Assembly (NCBI RefSeq): GCF_006345805.1
Contig: NC_043009.1
Span: forward strand, 38,440,001-38,504,000
Direction: 5' to 3'
DNA from: Octopus sinensis
Taxonomy: Eukaryota
Length of the DNA stretch: 64,000 bases
Positions 1-12,699 of the stretch are shown in pieces. Under the pieces are notes generated by a model. It did no database searches and had not been told where the DNA came from. It saw only the letters and a program-made list of their open reading frames with translations. The stretch's first letter is position 1; every line of letters starts with the position of its first letter. A program made the position numbers and the translations under genes.

Positions 1-505
1 AAACCACCTCCAGTGTTTGAAAATGATCACATCCCACTCCTCTGGAACTTCACCGCTCAAACTGACAGAAAGATAGATGCAAATAGGCAAGACATCATAT
101 TGAAAGACTTCAGTCAAAAATCATGTCTCCTCATTGGTATGACTGACCCAATCGACATAAATTTATCTGTCAAGACCTACGAAAAACTGAGCAACTATAA
201 AGATCTTGAAATGATAGCAAAAGGGGCTGATTGCTACTTAGCTCAGATACCAGGAAACCCCAAAATGGCAGAAATTCAAACGATAGTGCTCATGGGAACT
301 GCCCATATCCTACTTAAAAGTACTGTCTATGTAATTTCAAATTCTAAAACAAACTCATAATTTTCTTGTTTTCTTAAACATTCTCTGGAACAATAGTATG
401 TACAAAACCAATTATTTGGCACCCTAGGCATAACACCAACATGAATTTCTCTGGGTGAGACTTGGAGCCAACTTGCACAAATACAAAGCAAACGTCAAAC
501 ATATG
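1..505 (+). mobile_element. 3' end of R4/Dong-like non-LTR retrotransposon (restriction-like endonuclease C-terminus plus 3' UTR), decayed
   Basis: ORF 13-360 reads LLWNFTAQTDRKIDANRQDIILKD...CLLIGMTDPIDINLSVKTYEKLSNYKDLE, matching the RLE motif W-F-IQTD-i-anrPDI---D...K--KY-DL. It is followed by a short UTR and a (TAA)n run. Confidence 0.8.

Positions 506-573
<68 letters not shown>
506..573 (+). repeat. (TAA)n microsatellite, tail or target of the R4-like element
   Basis: Perfect AAT triplet run. Confidence 0.97.
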
Positions 574-574
<1 letters not shown>

Positions 575-1121
575 TGCAGTACCAGGCACTGGCTCTCATG
601 GCTTCTGATCTTAACTGATTGGAAGTGTTATCATGTACATTGTTTTGTCTTGGTATAAAAGATGGGCTACAGCAAATATTCTGCTCAATACCACAGATTT
701 GCTTCTCAGTTGTTTGACCTTAACCAATTGAGCATGTCCCTTAGTGGCTGACGATATGTGCATCTCTGATCATGAGCAGAAGTAGTGGGGGAGCATCATA
801 GCCATGTGTTGAGAGGGATTATTTGGGGTTTGAATAATTCACCTCTGGAAACATGGGTGGTTCTTTCAACATCCTTAAACAACCCTTATTCAGGGACCTT
901 TTGAGCGGGATGGGCTACTTAACCTGAAGAAAATTCTAACTGGGCCCCACCTGCAAGGTCATGTGGTGTTTATCTTGATATGAGATCACCATGTCGCGCA
1001 CATATGGTTGTGATGTATGTGCCTGGTGTACCCTTATCAGACGGGTAGTCATGATGGGTATATTGGGGTTCGTATATTTTACCTCAGTGTCACTTTAATG
1101 GCATGAACTGCTCTCTCACTC
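574..1121. mobile_element. ~550 bp non-coding interspersed element flanked by (TAA)n, copy 1
   Basis: Colinear homologue at 11295-11754; both copies have AAT arrays on both sides. Confidence 0.8.
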
Positions 1122-1230
1122 AATAATAATAATAATAGTAGTAGTAGTAGTAGTAGTAGTAGGATAGCAATGCAATCAATACAGTCACTAACAATGCAAG
1201 TTACTAAAATCTATTGTCGTATAATTTTTT

Positions 1231-1549
1231 TTTACTTATTTCAGTCATTGGACCGCGGCCATGCCGAGGCAACATCTTAAAGAGTTTTAGTCGAAAAGAT
1301 CCTCCTCACCAATTATTTATTTATTTTTGAAGTCTGGTTCTCATTCAAACGGCCTCTTTATTACCGAGTTGATAATTTGCGGGAATGTAAACAAACCAAC
1401 ACTGCTTGACTAGCAGTTTGTGTGTGAGAAGGACAAACACACAGACACACACACACTCATAGATACATACACATACGTTCATACATGCATACATACATAC
1501 ATACATGCATGCATGCATACATACATACAGGCAGACATACATAATTATA

Positions 1550-1586
<37 letters not shown>

Positions 1587-1765
1587 ATATATATATATAT
1601 ATGTGTGTGTATGTGTGTGTGTGTATGTATGACGCATATATGTATATAAACATCCACACACCTCACACTATCCGGCTACCAATTTCCTTCATAAGGCATT
1701 GGACGGCGGTCCGCGCAGTGAGACTGAACCCGAAACAGCGAGGTTGTAAAGCGAGCTAGCTTCTT
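1231..1765 (-). mobile_element. Decayed SINE family D (tRNA/CORE-like head, internal microsatellite)
   Basis: Tail tttacttatttcagtcattggaccgcggccatgc and head remnant ...gactgaacccgaaac match the better copies at 23295-23780 and 59341-59690. Confidence 0.6.
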
Positions 1766-2704
1766 AAGAATATATGAACAAACTTGCTTTACAACAAACT
1801 TTTGGAAGACTTTCACCAAGCTTTAAAATCTAAAAGTAGCAGACACAGAAAAACTGTCTGATTAAACGTAATCATCGATATATTACGCCGCTGTTAATAC
1901 TGATTGGAGCAGGTAGAAGTTCTGATTTATGGTTATTGAATGTGTTATTCATTCATCAACAATTACAAATGACCGATATTTATCAAAGTAATCGAGACAT
2001 CTATACATTTTTAAACGAGATTAGCAAACTACAGAGTTGTATCGGAAACTTAGACATTACCTTAATGTGAAAAGCAAATTCACAAGACACCAATTGCAAC
2101 TTAATGACAGAGAATCTAAAATTTACAAGAATTACTGACAAGAGATGCTGGAAGCAAAGAACCAACTCATAAACAGGAACTAACAATGATAGATGAAAAA
2201 CTTCATTAATGTCTAAACGTATATAAGAATTCAGAATACGTTTATCGGAGTGTATGTAATAAGGCATATTATCAACATTACGGCTACTTTCCCTTGTAAT
2301 GATAAAGAGTTATTCTGTTGAAGAATCTGGAGTGTGTAAAGCCATAAGTGTTGTATTGCGTGTCTAAATGAGCTACTGTGTAAGTAGCGAGCGCAATCTG
2401 TCACCTGGTATAACAATATCACATCTTACATCGGTGCATTTAGTGGAGACCACTGTGTTTCGAGCATTTGGCCCAGCTTTCCTGTTTGAGGATAAAACCT
2501 GGCTCCACCCCTAGGATAGGAGTTAGTTCCACAATAGAAATTTACAGAGGAAACCATCGAGGAGGTTTTAATGGGGTGTCGAAGGCGGTTCTGTACTGAA
2601 GTAAGGGGTGGCATCTTTCACCAGAATGGTATGGCACACATCACAGACGTTAGACCAACGCATGTTTGGACCCCTCATCACATTCTTATCTCCCATTTTT
2701 GTCT

Positions 2705-2915
2705 CGATTCTCCGAGTTCTGAGTTCAAATCACACCGGTGTCAATTCTACCTTTTATCCCTTTGGGATGGATAAAATTGAAGGCGATAGTCTGGAAATGA
2801 TGTCTTGTGGTATTTATTCTGGTTGTTTCCATTCTGAGTTCAAATCCCGCTGGGGCCAAACTTAACTTTAATTTCTTTGGGGTCGATAAAAAAAGTACCA
2901 GCCGCAGACGGTGTA
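2705..2915 (+). mobile_element. Two decayed SINE family C fragments
   Basis: ttctgagttcaaatc B-box segments followed by cttt.atccctttggg / ggggtcgataaaaaaagtacca. Confidence 0.55.
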
Positions 2916-3575
2916 TTGGTAAAAGTGTAAGAAAGCTGGCCCGGACACCTGGTGGTATTTGTTCTGTTTCTTTCTGCTCTTGCGGTGGTAGACTTCCCCC
3001 GTCGCTTGGTTTGATATCATCACCTGGTACCATGGGTACCTTTAGCAGAGTCCACTCTGTTAGAAGTTGTCAGGTCAGGTCTACACTTGAAAGGTACCTT
3101 CCTCCTTTCACTTGGATGCCCTATAAATAGCCATGAGCACTGTATCCCTTCCTGGCTTGCCTCACTTTTGCCTTCCTACCTCTCTCTTTCTATTTCTTCC
3201 CCCCCCCCACTAATACTTTAATTCTTCCTTCATTCTGACTTTCTATCTGTCCTCTTATATCCAGGACATTTCCATTTTTCTTTGCCTTGTCCAATATCTG
3301 TCTCTCTTGCGTCTGCACTGCCTCTTTTTTTTTTGCTGTATATGTGTATTTTATTTTGTCATGTTTGTTTCGTTGTTGTTCTGTACGTTCGTTAGCTATT
3401 CTCAGTGGTTTTTCGCCATTGGCGTTACAAAAAAAAAAGAAAAAAAAAGACTATCGACGTTAAAGGTGCAAAATTTTAAGGACCTTTTGAACGTTGATTG
3501 ACGAGAAATTATCTAGGATCAATGCCGTAGTAACCTTTGCCTATAACGATATATTTACGTTAAATACGATACATA

Positions 3576-4496
3576 CGAGGAGATATCAAAAGGTTCTCGG
3601 ACTAGTTATGTTTAATAAATAATAACTTATTTACCTCAGTTTTAACATCATCTCCTTCGAAATAGTGATCTTGCGCGGCAATACCCTGGCCCCAGTGTTC
3701 CTGCCACTTTTGGAATCCAGCCAGGAAGTCGTTTTCCGTAAACGAGTTGAGGACCTTCTGCAATTCGTTCTGAATCTCGACAACGGCAACCTTTGAGCTG
3801 CATTTTTATCTTGGGAAAGAGATAGAAATCTGCAGGTACTAAATCTGACGAATAGAGTGGATGCGGAAGTGATACCATGTTGTTTATGGCGAGAAACTCA
3901 CGAGTGAGAAGTCAGTGGCAGGGTGCGTTGTCATTGTGAAGAATCCAATTCTTCCTGCTCCACAGATGGGGACGCTTTCGCCAAAACACCTTCCTCAAAC
4001 GCTTCAAAACGTCGCAGCAGAACTCTCGATTGACGGTCTGGTCCTGGGAGGCGAATTCACGATGTACAATACCACACAATTTCAGGGGTAACGCTCACTG
4101 TACGTCTTCCAGATTGCTCATCGTCTTTCAGAGACGTTCTTCCGCTTTTGAAATGCCCCTGCCACTCGAAACATTGTGCACGAACTTCATACATGCGATT
4201 TGCATCGCCGCAAGCTTTCCAAAGCGTGCTCAATATCTTTGTAGCAGACTTTCCAAGTTCAACGCAGAATTTCTCGTTGGCTCTTTGTTCCTATTAAGGA
4301 CAAAATCGCAGATTACAGACAGCATAAACGTGAGCACAAAAGCACAAATTTGGTAACTTACGAGGTAAACACAGCAATATCACAGGGCACACAGCTTCAT
4401 GAAGATCACTGATAGGTCTCACTGCGCATGTAACCGTGTGCTGCCACCTGATGGCACGCTACAAAACTAGTCCGGGAACTCTTTGATAACATCTCG
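3576..4496 (-). mobile_element. Internally deleted mariner element (921 bp), TA TSD
   Basis: ~31 bp imperfect TIRs cgaggagatatcaaaaggttctcggactagt / actagtccgggaactctttgataacatctcg, TA on both sides. Minus strand has the N-terminal HTH (KFCVELGKSAT...FEW...FKSGRTSL-DDE-SGR) joined to GIVHREF, then HPLYSSDLVPADFYLFPK. Confidence 0.92.
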
Positions 4497-5004
4497 TAAA
4501 TGGCTATGTTATTCTAATACTGATTCTGTTGCATATAAAAATTTAAAAAAATCAAATCAAAACAGAAGCTGTGTGGAGATAACATTACAGAAAAAGTGAC
4601 ATCCTCCTGGACACATCATAGCCGAATAAGAAGTTCACTTTGCAGTCTCAAGATCTGAGTTCGATCCCATTGCATTACATCTCATTTAAATGTACTTCAC
4701 CATTGTTTGCGGTTAACCCACGCCCCGTCAGTGAAACTGAGTTGATGGAAATCGTGAAGAAGCTCATGGAATGGATCCAAAGATACAGTTATATCACAGT
4801 GCATTAGGCAGATTTTATTTAAAAAGTAAATAGTTTATGTGTGCACAGATTTATGAAATGTTCTGTTGTTTACACTGCTACTTAATGGGCAGGTAATTCA
4901 GTTGATCGAACAAATGAATGCTCATCGTCGAAAACCGATGAGGATCCATTTGCTTATTTAGAGAAAAGACAACTAAAGTGTTGCCAAGCTTCTTTCAGTC
5001 TGAA

Positions 5005-5110
<106 letters not shown>

Positions 5111-5225
5111 ATCACATGTTTACGAATACATGTGCATTAATACATAATATATACAACAGCAGATAAGTGCATAGAGCTATATAAAGTGAGTGGTTTTTGT
5201 ATAAGCATCTATGGATATTATATAT

Positions 5226-5262
<37 letters not shown>

Positions 5263-6062
5263 CTGTTTATATACATATAGACATATTCTTATTTATATAT
5301 AAACATATATATATTTATATACCTAAATACATTCACACACATAATTTATATGCTCACGCACACAGATATATATATATATATATGTCTGTATACATGCACG
5401 CATACATTCATACGTAACGTAATTGCCCATGCTAGCATTTGCATGTTTTATTATCAAACATTTTGTCTCACAAGCAGCTTATTTACTTAAACGCTTTTCT
5501 ATTCCTAATAAACACTCACATCTTATATGGCAGCTATATATCTTCATCATAGAATTGCTTTACAAACTGCGATTATAGTCTGATTGCCAGAGTTTAATGG
5601 CCTGTAGTCATATCAAGAAAGAAGAACAGGAAAACAAGTTGATCACATTTTTCGCTATCACGAAAATCTCTATTTTATTCGCTAAACTATGGCTTTATTC
5701 AACAGGATTTGCTTTAAATACCAACAGACGCTGTTCCAAATGAAACCATATTGTATTTATCTCTAAATGTGTGTCTATGTTGTTCATTCCTATAATATTC
5801 AGAAGTCATTACCAGTCCTCATTAGCATTACCAATTTCCCAATTGACTTAATACCAATGTCACCAAATTTGATTTTTATTTGAACGATTTTCTTTCTCTA
5901 GGCATCAGCCATAGAGTTAAGTGTTGTTTCATTGGTATGCTTTACTAAAATTGCTTTTGCCTATTTTACATATCCTGCCTTTTTCTATGTCTTTGAGATG
6001 CTAAAAATATGCCATTACATGGCAATTTGTATATTCTTTTTCTGCCTCACTATCTTTCACTC

Positions 6063-6246
6063 GGCGCAGGGGCAGCTGCGTGTTTAAGAAGCTTGTTTTG
6101 GAACCACGTCGTTCTGTGTTCACCCCGCTTCTGCTATAACCCTGGATCTTCTACTATAACCCCGGATCGCCAGCCAGTACCTTGTGAATGAATATGAGAA
6201 ACAGAAACTGTGTGGAAGCCCTTACACACACATACACACACAAACA

Positions 6247-6297
<51 letters not shown>

Positions 6298-6577
6298 TAT
6301 ATATATATATATACGTGTGTATGTGTGTGTGTGTGTGTGTGTGTTTGTGTGTGTGTCTTCGGGTTTATGTTTGTCTATCTCCGCTGCTTAACAACCCTTG
6401 TTGGTTTTACTATTGTGTTCCCGTTACTTAGCGGTTCGGCTGAAAAGAAACCAATAGAATAAGTCCAGATTTCAAGATAAATAATACTAAGTACTGGGGT
6501 CGATTTCTTTGATTAAAACCCTTCAAGGCGGTGTCCCAGCATGGCCGCACTCCAACGACTGAAATGAGAAGACAAAA
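6063..6577 (+). mobile_element. Decayed SINE family D with internal CA/TA/GT microsatellite
   Basis: Head ggcgcaggggcagctgcgtg...; tail cttagcggttcggc...ggcggtgtcccagcatggccgca...gactgaaa. Confidence 0.7.
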
Positions 6578-6820
6578 TACATTATTTCCTCTATGAACGA
6601 AACTAGAGATTAAACTAGAAAAGAAGTGATGAGAGAGCGTCAACATTGTCTTTGGACTAAAAAGAAATAACAGCCGGACTCTCCGTATTCACATTTCGTA
6701 CGGCCTTTCAATTTCTCGGTATAAGTTCTTGTGAAACCTTTATCGTATTTTATATGATTAGCTATTGTCATGGCTTGTAAAATAGTAACGAAACTACCCT
6801 AATTAAAAAAAAATTATATT

Positions 6821-7232
6821 AATAAATCTCTGAACGAGGTATAAACAGTAGCTGCACGACAACGTGAAGTATATTTGCCACTTGAATGTGGCTAACCACT
6901 AAGGGTGGATGCTACTGTAGCTTGTAGCCCCAAGAGAACATCTTCTCCAGCTGGCTATTGACACACTTTCTGTGCTCTATCAGTATTTGCAAAGGGAAGC
7001 CATCCTTCTCATCGTCGACCTGACGTGATACGCACGGACACGAGTTTCTGGGTATTTACACGTCATCAGCGCACGACAATTACCGGTCTTCGATGCGAAG
7101 GGGTCCCAATGCAAACACACATATCATTTTTCCAGTGACGTAAAGTCATTGATCTCGAAAAAGTGTAAACAAGCAATAATAAATCTCTGAACGAGGTTTA
7201 AACAGTAGCTGCACAACAACGTGAAGTATATT
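6821..7232 (-). mobile_element. Penelope-like pseudo-LTR unit (357 bp) plus 55 bp partial tandem copy
   Basis: 6821-6875 is repeated at 7178-7232. The unit contains a hammerhead-like motif. Homologous ends occur at 47250-47525 and 50443-50530. Confidence 0.6.
7011..7080 (-). ncRNA. Degenerate type I hammerhead ribozyme motif
   Basis: Minus strand: AUUGUCG-ugcg-CUGAUGA-c-GUG-uaaa-UAC-cca-GAAAC-uc-GUG...CAC-GUC-aggu-CGACGAU. Core boxes and GUC are present; junction pairs of stems I and II are imperfect. Confidence 0.5.
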
Positions 7233-7790
7233 CTTATACGCTTATTGGGTTAATGACCGAAAGTTTACGATCGCGAATACAAGATACTCAAATGAGGTTC
7301 ATTTGATGGGTGCCTGTAATAACGCTATTTAACAGGGTGCGTAGCTCGGAGATCAGGATATATTTCCTCGTTGAGTCATTTCTCCGCATTGAACAACTCC
7401 GATACTGTGGACTTGTAATTAGAGTGTCGTGGGAAAGAATCTTAAGACGGAGTCCGCGAGCCGAACCATCCGGCAGCTGACCTAGGTGAGGATAAATGGA
7501 TAATAATATCCATAGTCTCACTTGCTCACTCCTGAGATTCCAGCCGGAAAGTGACTGTTGTTTCTGAAAGTACCCTGTGGAATGGGTGCCCGAGGATCCC
7601 ATCCCCCTGACTCTCTCAGTAATAGTGGGCAGAGAATATGGATGGATGGGTGCTTATTTTCGTACAACGCATTTAGAAGCGATATTTCACATCATTTTCA
7701 TAATTTTGGAGACATTCCATCGCCGTTGTTAATATCTCTTTCCGATTCCAATTAATAAGTATAGATTAACTCAGTAGTGTATCGGTGCTG

Positions 7791-8174
7791 TGGAGGCGCA
7801 ATGGCCCAGTGGTTAGGGCAGCGGACTCGCGGTCATAGGGTTGCGGTTTCGATTCCCAGACCGGGCGTTGTGAGTGTTTATTGAGCGAAAACACCTAAAG
7901 CTCTACGAGGCTCCGGCATGGATGGTGGTGATCCCCGCTGTACTCTTTCACCACAACTTTCTCTCACTCTTACTTCCTGTTTCTGTTGTACCTGTATTTC
8001 AAAGGGCCGGCCTTGTCACTCTCTGTGTCACGCTGAATATCCCCGAGAACTACGTTAAGGGTACGCGTGTCTGTGGAGTGCTCAGCCACTTACACGTTAA
8101 TTTCACGAGCAGGCTGTTCCGTTGATACGGATCAACCGGAACCCTCGTCATCGTAACCGACGGAGTGCTTCCAA
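7791..8174 (+). mobile_element. SINE family A, full length, 12 bp TSD
   Basis: A box TGGCCCAGTGG, B box GGTTTCGATTCC; TSD gtatcggtgctg at 7779-7790 and 8175-8186. Confidence 0.93.
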
Positions 8175-8479
8175 GTATCGGTGCTGACAACGTGTTTCCT
8201 TCTCATGTAGTTTAGCTTACAGGCGCCATAGTAACTATAAATTTAGGTCTCATTATGGGCGTTATTACTAATAGTTTCTTACACATCTATATAAATAATA
8301 ATAATACATTGTAATAATTACATGTCGCACTTGATGGAATAAAAGACACAGGCATATTAGACGAACCCCAAGTGCGTATTCATGCGTATTCAGGAAAAAA
8401 GAGCTTTGAGTGCATTAAAGCAAGTACGTAATATTTAAAGCAAACTAGCAATCTATTGTTCTGATAATTCCTTTTACAG

Positions 8480-8533
8480 TAATAATAATAATAGTAATAA
8501 TAATAACAACAACAAGAACAAGAACAACAACAA

Positions 8534-8565
<32 letters not shown>

Positions 8566-8590
8566 ATAATAATAATAATAATAATAATAA

Positions 8591-8621
<31 letters not shown>

Positions 8622-8672
8622 AAGAAGCAGAGGAAGAAGAAAAGAAGAAGAATGATGATGATGATGATGATA
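8480..8672. repeat. Compound triplet microsatellite (AAT/AAC/TAC/AAG/GAT)
   Basis: Successive triplet runs. Confidence 0.95.
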
Positions 8673-8889
8673 AAATTGATTTCTTTTGTTTGCCACCAAG
8701 GCGAAGGATGATTGGGACAATACAAAGACAGACATAAAGTGTGGGGATTTACATTTGCTGAAATGATAATAAAATAAAAATAAAGAATAATGTATATATA
8801 GAAACTATACACAGTGTACAATAAAACAAAGAAGGGAATACATAGTATACAACAGTAAAAGTGTCAGACACACAGATCTACACTTAGAG

Positions 8890-9355
8890 CGGTACCATCC
8901 ACTCTCACCATTTGAAAAGATCTATGAGAAGTCTACCCAACAGACAACCTCTTTCGCCTCAGACAATCTCTTTCGCCACAGCCACCAGGCAAAGGAAAAC
9001 TGCCTTACCTGCCTGATTAAATATTATTCTAGTCCTCCCACTAGTACAAAAGTGCAAGACATTCCCAGAAATGTTGTAAATGCCTGAAGAAATCTGGCCT
9101 TCTAGCTTCTGTCGGGGCATAAACGGACACTAATCTAAAAGGTACCTACCTACCAGCCGGGTCCAAGGAAAAAAGCCCGTAGCCCTGGTAGCAAGGTTGT
9201 GGCTGGCCACAAAATAAGAATGACTGGTAGTCTTCGAAAATGGATGTAAGAGCATGTGTCTTTGAAATTCTTGTCTTAATAATGGCAGCCACATCTAAAT
9301 CAAGCAACGTTGAGCAAATGACCTTGCTTCCAAACTGAACCCAGGCCCCAAACAT
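8890..9355 (-). mobile_element. L1/Tx1-like LINE APE endonuclease fragment, decayed
   Basis: Minus frames give LDVAAIIKTRIS..., LDPAGR, and RLVSVYAPTEARRPDFFRHL...WED*NNI, matching APE motifs D-aaiqET, l-svYAP and GDwN. Confidence 0.7.
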
Positions 9356-9552
9356 TTACACAGTCAACTCTAAGTGAAACATTTAGGTTAGTGAAAAGAA
9401 AATTAAGCTATTTACCTCCGTCTTCGTGGATGATTGTTGAAATAGACTTCTTTTTGGCTGAGGGAGGAGTAGGGAAAGTTCTGTTTAGGAAGCTTTTGTG
9501 GGATACTTACAAAAATTTCTAATGCCCCGGAGAAATTTCTGCTTTAAGTCCC

Positions 9553-9780
9553 GATACGTATTCGTATCGGTTTTAATTAGAATTCTGTCCGATGATATTT
9601 TCGTGAGGGGTTCAGCAAAACCTCCCCAATTTATCAGAATTTTTTTTTAATTACTTCTTCAATGATACGTATTCGTATCGGTTTTAATTAGGATTCTGTC
9701 CGATGATGTTTTCGGGAGGGGTTCAGCAAAACCTTCCCAATTTGTAAGAATTTTTTTTCTTTTAAATTACTTCTTCAATG
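9553..9780. repeat. Tandem duplication, 2 x ~111 bp, with hairpin ccgatacg-tatt-cgtatcgg
   Basis: Units start at 9553 and 9664. Confidence 0.9.
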
Positions 9781-10425
9781 AACTCTATGTTGCTCTTCTG
9801 GACAAGTACAAATGATTGTTGCCGTTCCTTTGGCTTCATACTCGCTGCTGCATATAGCAGCTACTGTCCTGTGTTGCTTTCCTTAATATATGTGTCGCAC
9901 TTAGGGTCACACACCATTGAGGCATTTTGCTATTTCCGCTGGAGCAGGATAATTAAGTTTCCTCTCCTTGCGAGAAACGCATTTATACACAATGGTTAGT
10001 TTTTCTCATCCTCACTAAAGGACATAACACCTGATTTTTACAATATCATTTTTGTACAGGAGAGCTTTAGCTTTCAGATCTTACACCGAATGCACAGCCT
10101 ATTGGCTAACTGCCCTCAAAAAAGATAAAGAGTTGCCGTGCTATTTTGTGGCTATTATTGCTGTTGTCGTCCTTATTGTTTTCCACACAGTTTTTGTTGT
10201 TATTCCTACTGTTGCTAATGATAACTACATTATTGTTTTCGTTTTCCTGTTGTTTTTGTCGGTCTTGTTGTTGTAGTCGTTCGTGTTGTTGTTTTTGTTG
10301 TTGCTGGTGTTGTTCCTATTATCGTTGTCTCTGCAGCCGCTGCTGCTGCTTTTGTATACATTGTCATTACAATTGTTATCATTGGTATTTTCTTCGTTGT
10401 TGTCACTGTCGTTGCTGTTGCTTGT

Positions 10426-10808
10426 GTGGAGGCGCAATGGCCCAGTGGTTAGGGCAGCAGACTCGCGGTCGTAGGATCGCGGTTTCGATTCCCAGATCGG
10501 GCGTTGTGAGTGTTTATTGAGCGAAAACACCTAAAGCTCCACGAGGCTCCGGCAGGGATGGTGGTGATCCCTTCTGTACTCTTTCACCACAACTTTCTCT
10601 CACTCTTACTTCCTGTTTCTGTTGTACCTGTATTTCAAAGGGCCGGCCTTGTCACTCTGTGTCATGCTGAATATCCCCGAGAACTACGTTAAGGGTACAC
10701 GTGTCTGTGGAGTGCTCAGCCACTTACACGTTAATTTCACGAGCAGGCTGTTCCGTTGATACGGATCAACCGGAACCCTCATCGTCGTAACCGACGGAGT
10801 GCTTCCAC
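10426..10808 (+). mobile_element. SINE family A, full length, ~12 bp TSD
   Basis: Near-identical to 7791-8174; TSD gctgttgcttgt / gctgctgcttgt (11 of 12). Confidence 0.92.
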
Positions 10809-11249
10809 GCTGCTGCTTGTACATTTGCAGGTGTTGCTGCCGTCATAGCAACGAGAGGAAATTCTATTGCGTTGTGACGATGAATTTATTTTAACACCAA
10901 CCTGCCTGACATTGAAGTTACAGCGAGTTGACACTAGGTGGACAGAACGCTGTTCATCAGCAATTATTATTATTTTGTCGTATTCCAACATTTTCCCTTA
11001 ATTGGGAAAAATATAGGAAATTTTTGTAGTCACAAACTGTAAAATAAATATCATTGAGTTACAACAATCCTGCAACTCGCAAAGGGGATGTAATTCAACA
11101 CAAATGTTACCACCACGATTCGGACAACGTCAGCAAAATAGTTATTACGAAGTAATTGACTGAACAGGATTTGACCAACCGAAACGATTTATTAAAGTTC
11201 TTAAAACTTTTGGAGCTCCAAGTTTCCGTGACTACCCAATGTGGAAGCC

Positions 11250-11293
<44 letters not shown>

Positions 11294-11294
11294 T

Positions 11295-12254
<960 letters not shown>

Positions 12255-12699
12255 TAATTATTATTATTATTATTATTATTGTATTCATGTAAATATTATT
12301 ATTGAATCCGGCTATGCAGAAGAGCCCGTTTGATTTAAAATCAGCCTATACTAATGAGAAAATTTGCTTATAGGAGGACTAACTTAGCATATTAGATCCG
12401 GGGAGGTGTTTGAGATTTTTTCTTTCCGACAAAGGATGATTTATATGCCAGCATATACGATAGTTATTACTTTATAATAGTTCCTTACTTCATTAAGCTA
12501 TATTTAATATTCATAAGCTGTTGTTGATTTAGGACGCGTTAATATAATTGTTTCCTGAAATAGAAAAAGATAAACATTTTTCATTGTCGCCATGTATCGT
12601 ATACCTGCAGCGCATTGCTGACACTACAGCGAAAATCTTCCCGATTAAGAACGAGTTCTCCAGCTGGCTTTCCGCTCTTGCTCAACCAGCTTGAGATAT

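Noticed and set aside
1960-2400. Purine-rich stretch with coding-like frames (hAT or PLE remnant?)
   Set aside because: No diagnostic motif could be identified by eye.
7290-7760. Possible L1/Tx1 ORF2 C-terminal remnant on the minus strand, colinear with the APE fragment at 8890-9355
   Set aside because: Only a vague ETMDIIIH similarity to the CCHC region; insufficient without an HMM search.
7791-7870. tRNA-like sequences at SINE heads
   Set aside because: A and B boxes are present, but they continue into SINE bodies bounded by TSDs, and I could not build a complete cloverleaf. Not called as tRNA genes.
7874-8125. Recurrent ORF MFIERKHLKL... (also 10510 and 25904)
   Set aside because: It lies within SINE A copies; the recurrence reflects the repeat, not a gene family.
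10900-10960. CUGAUGA followed by an ACAG/CUGU hairpin on the minus strand
   Set aside because: No GAAA after stem II. The same applies to the CUGANGA hits near 28985, 34005, 36365, 60585 and 62093.
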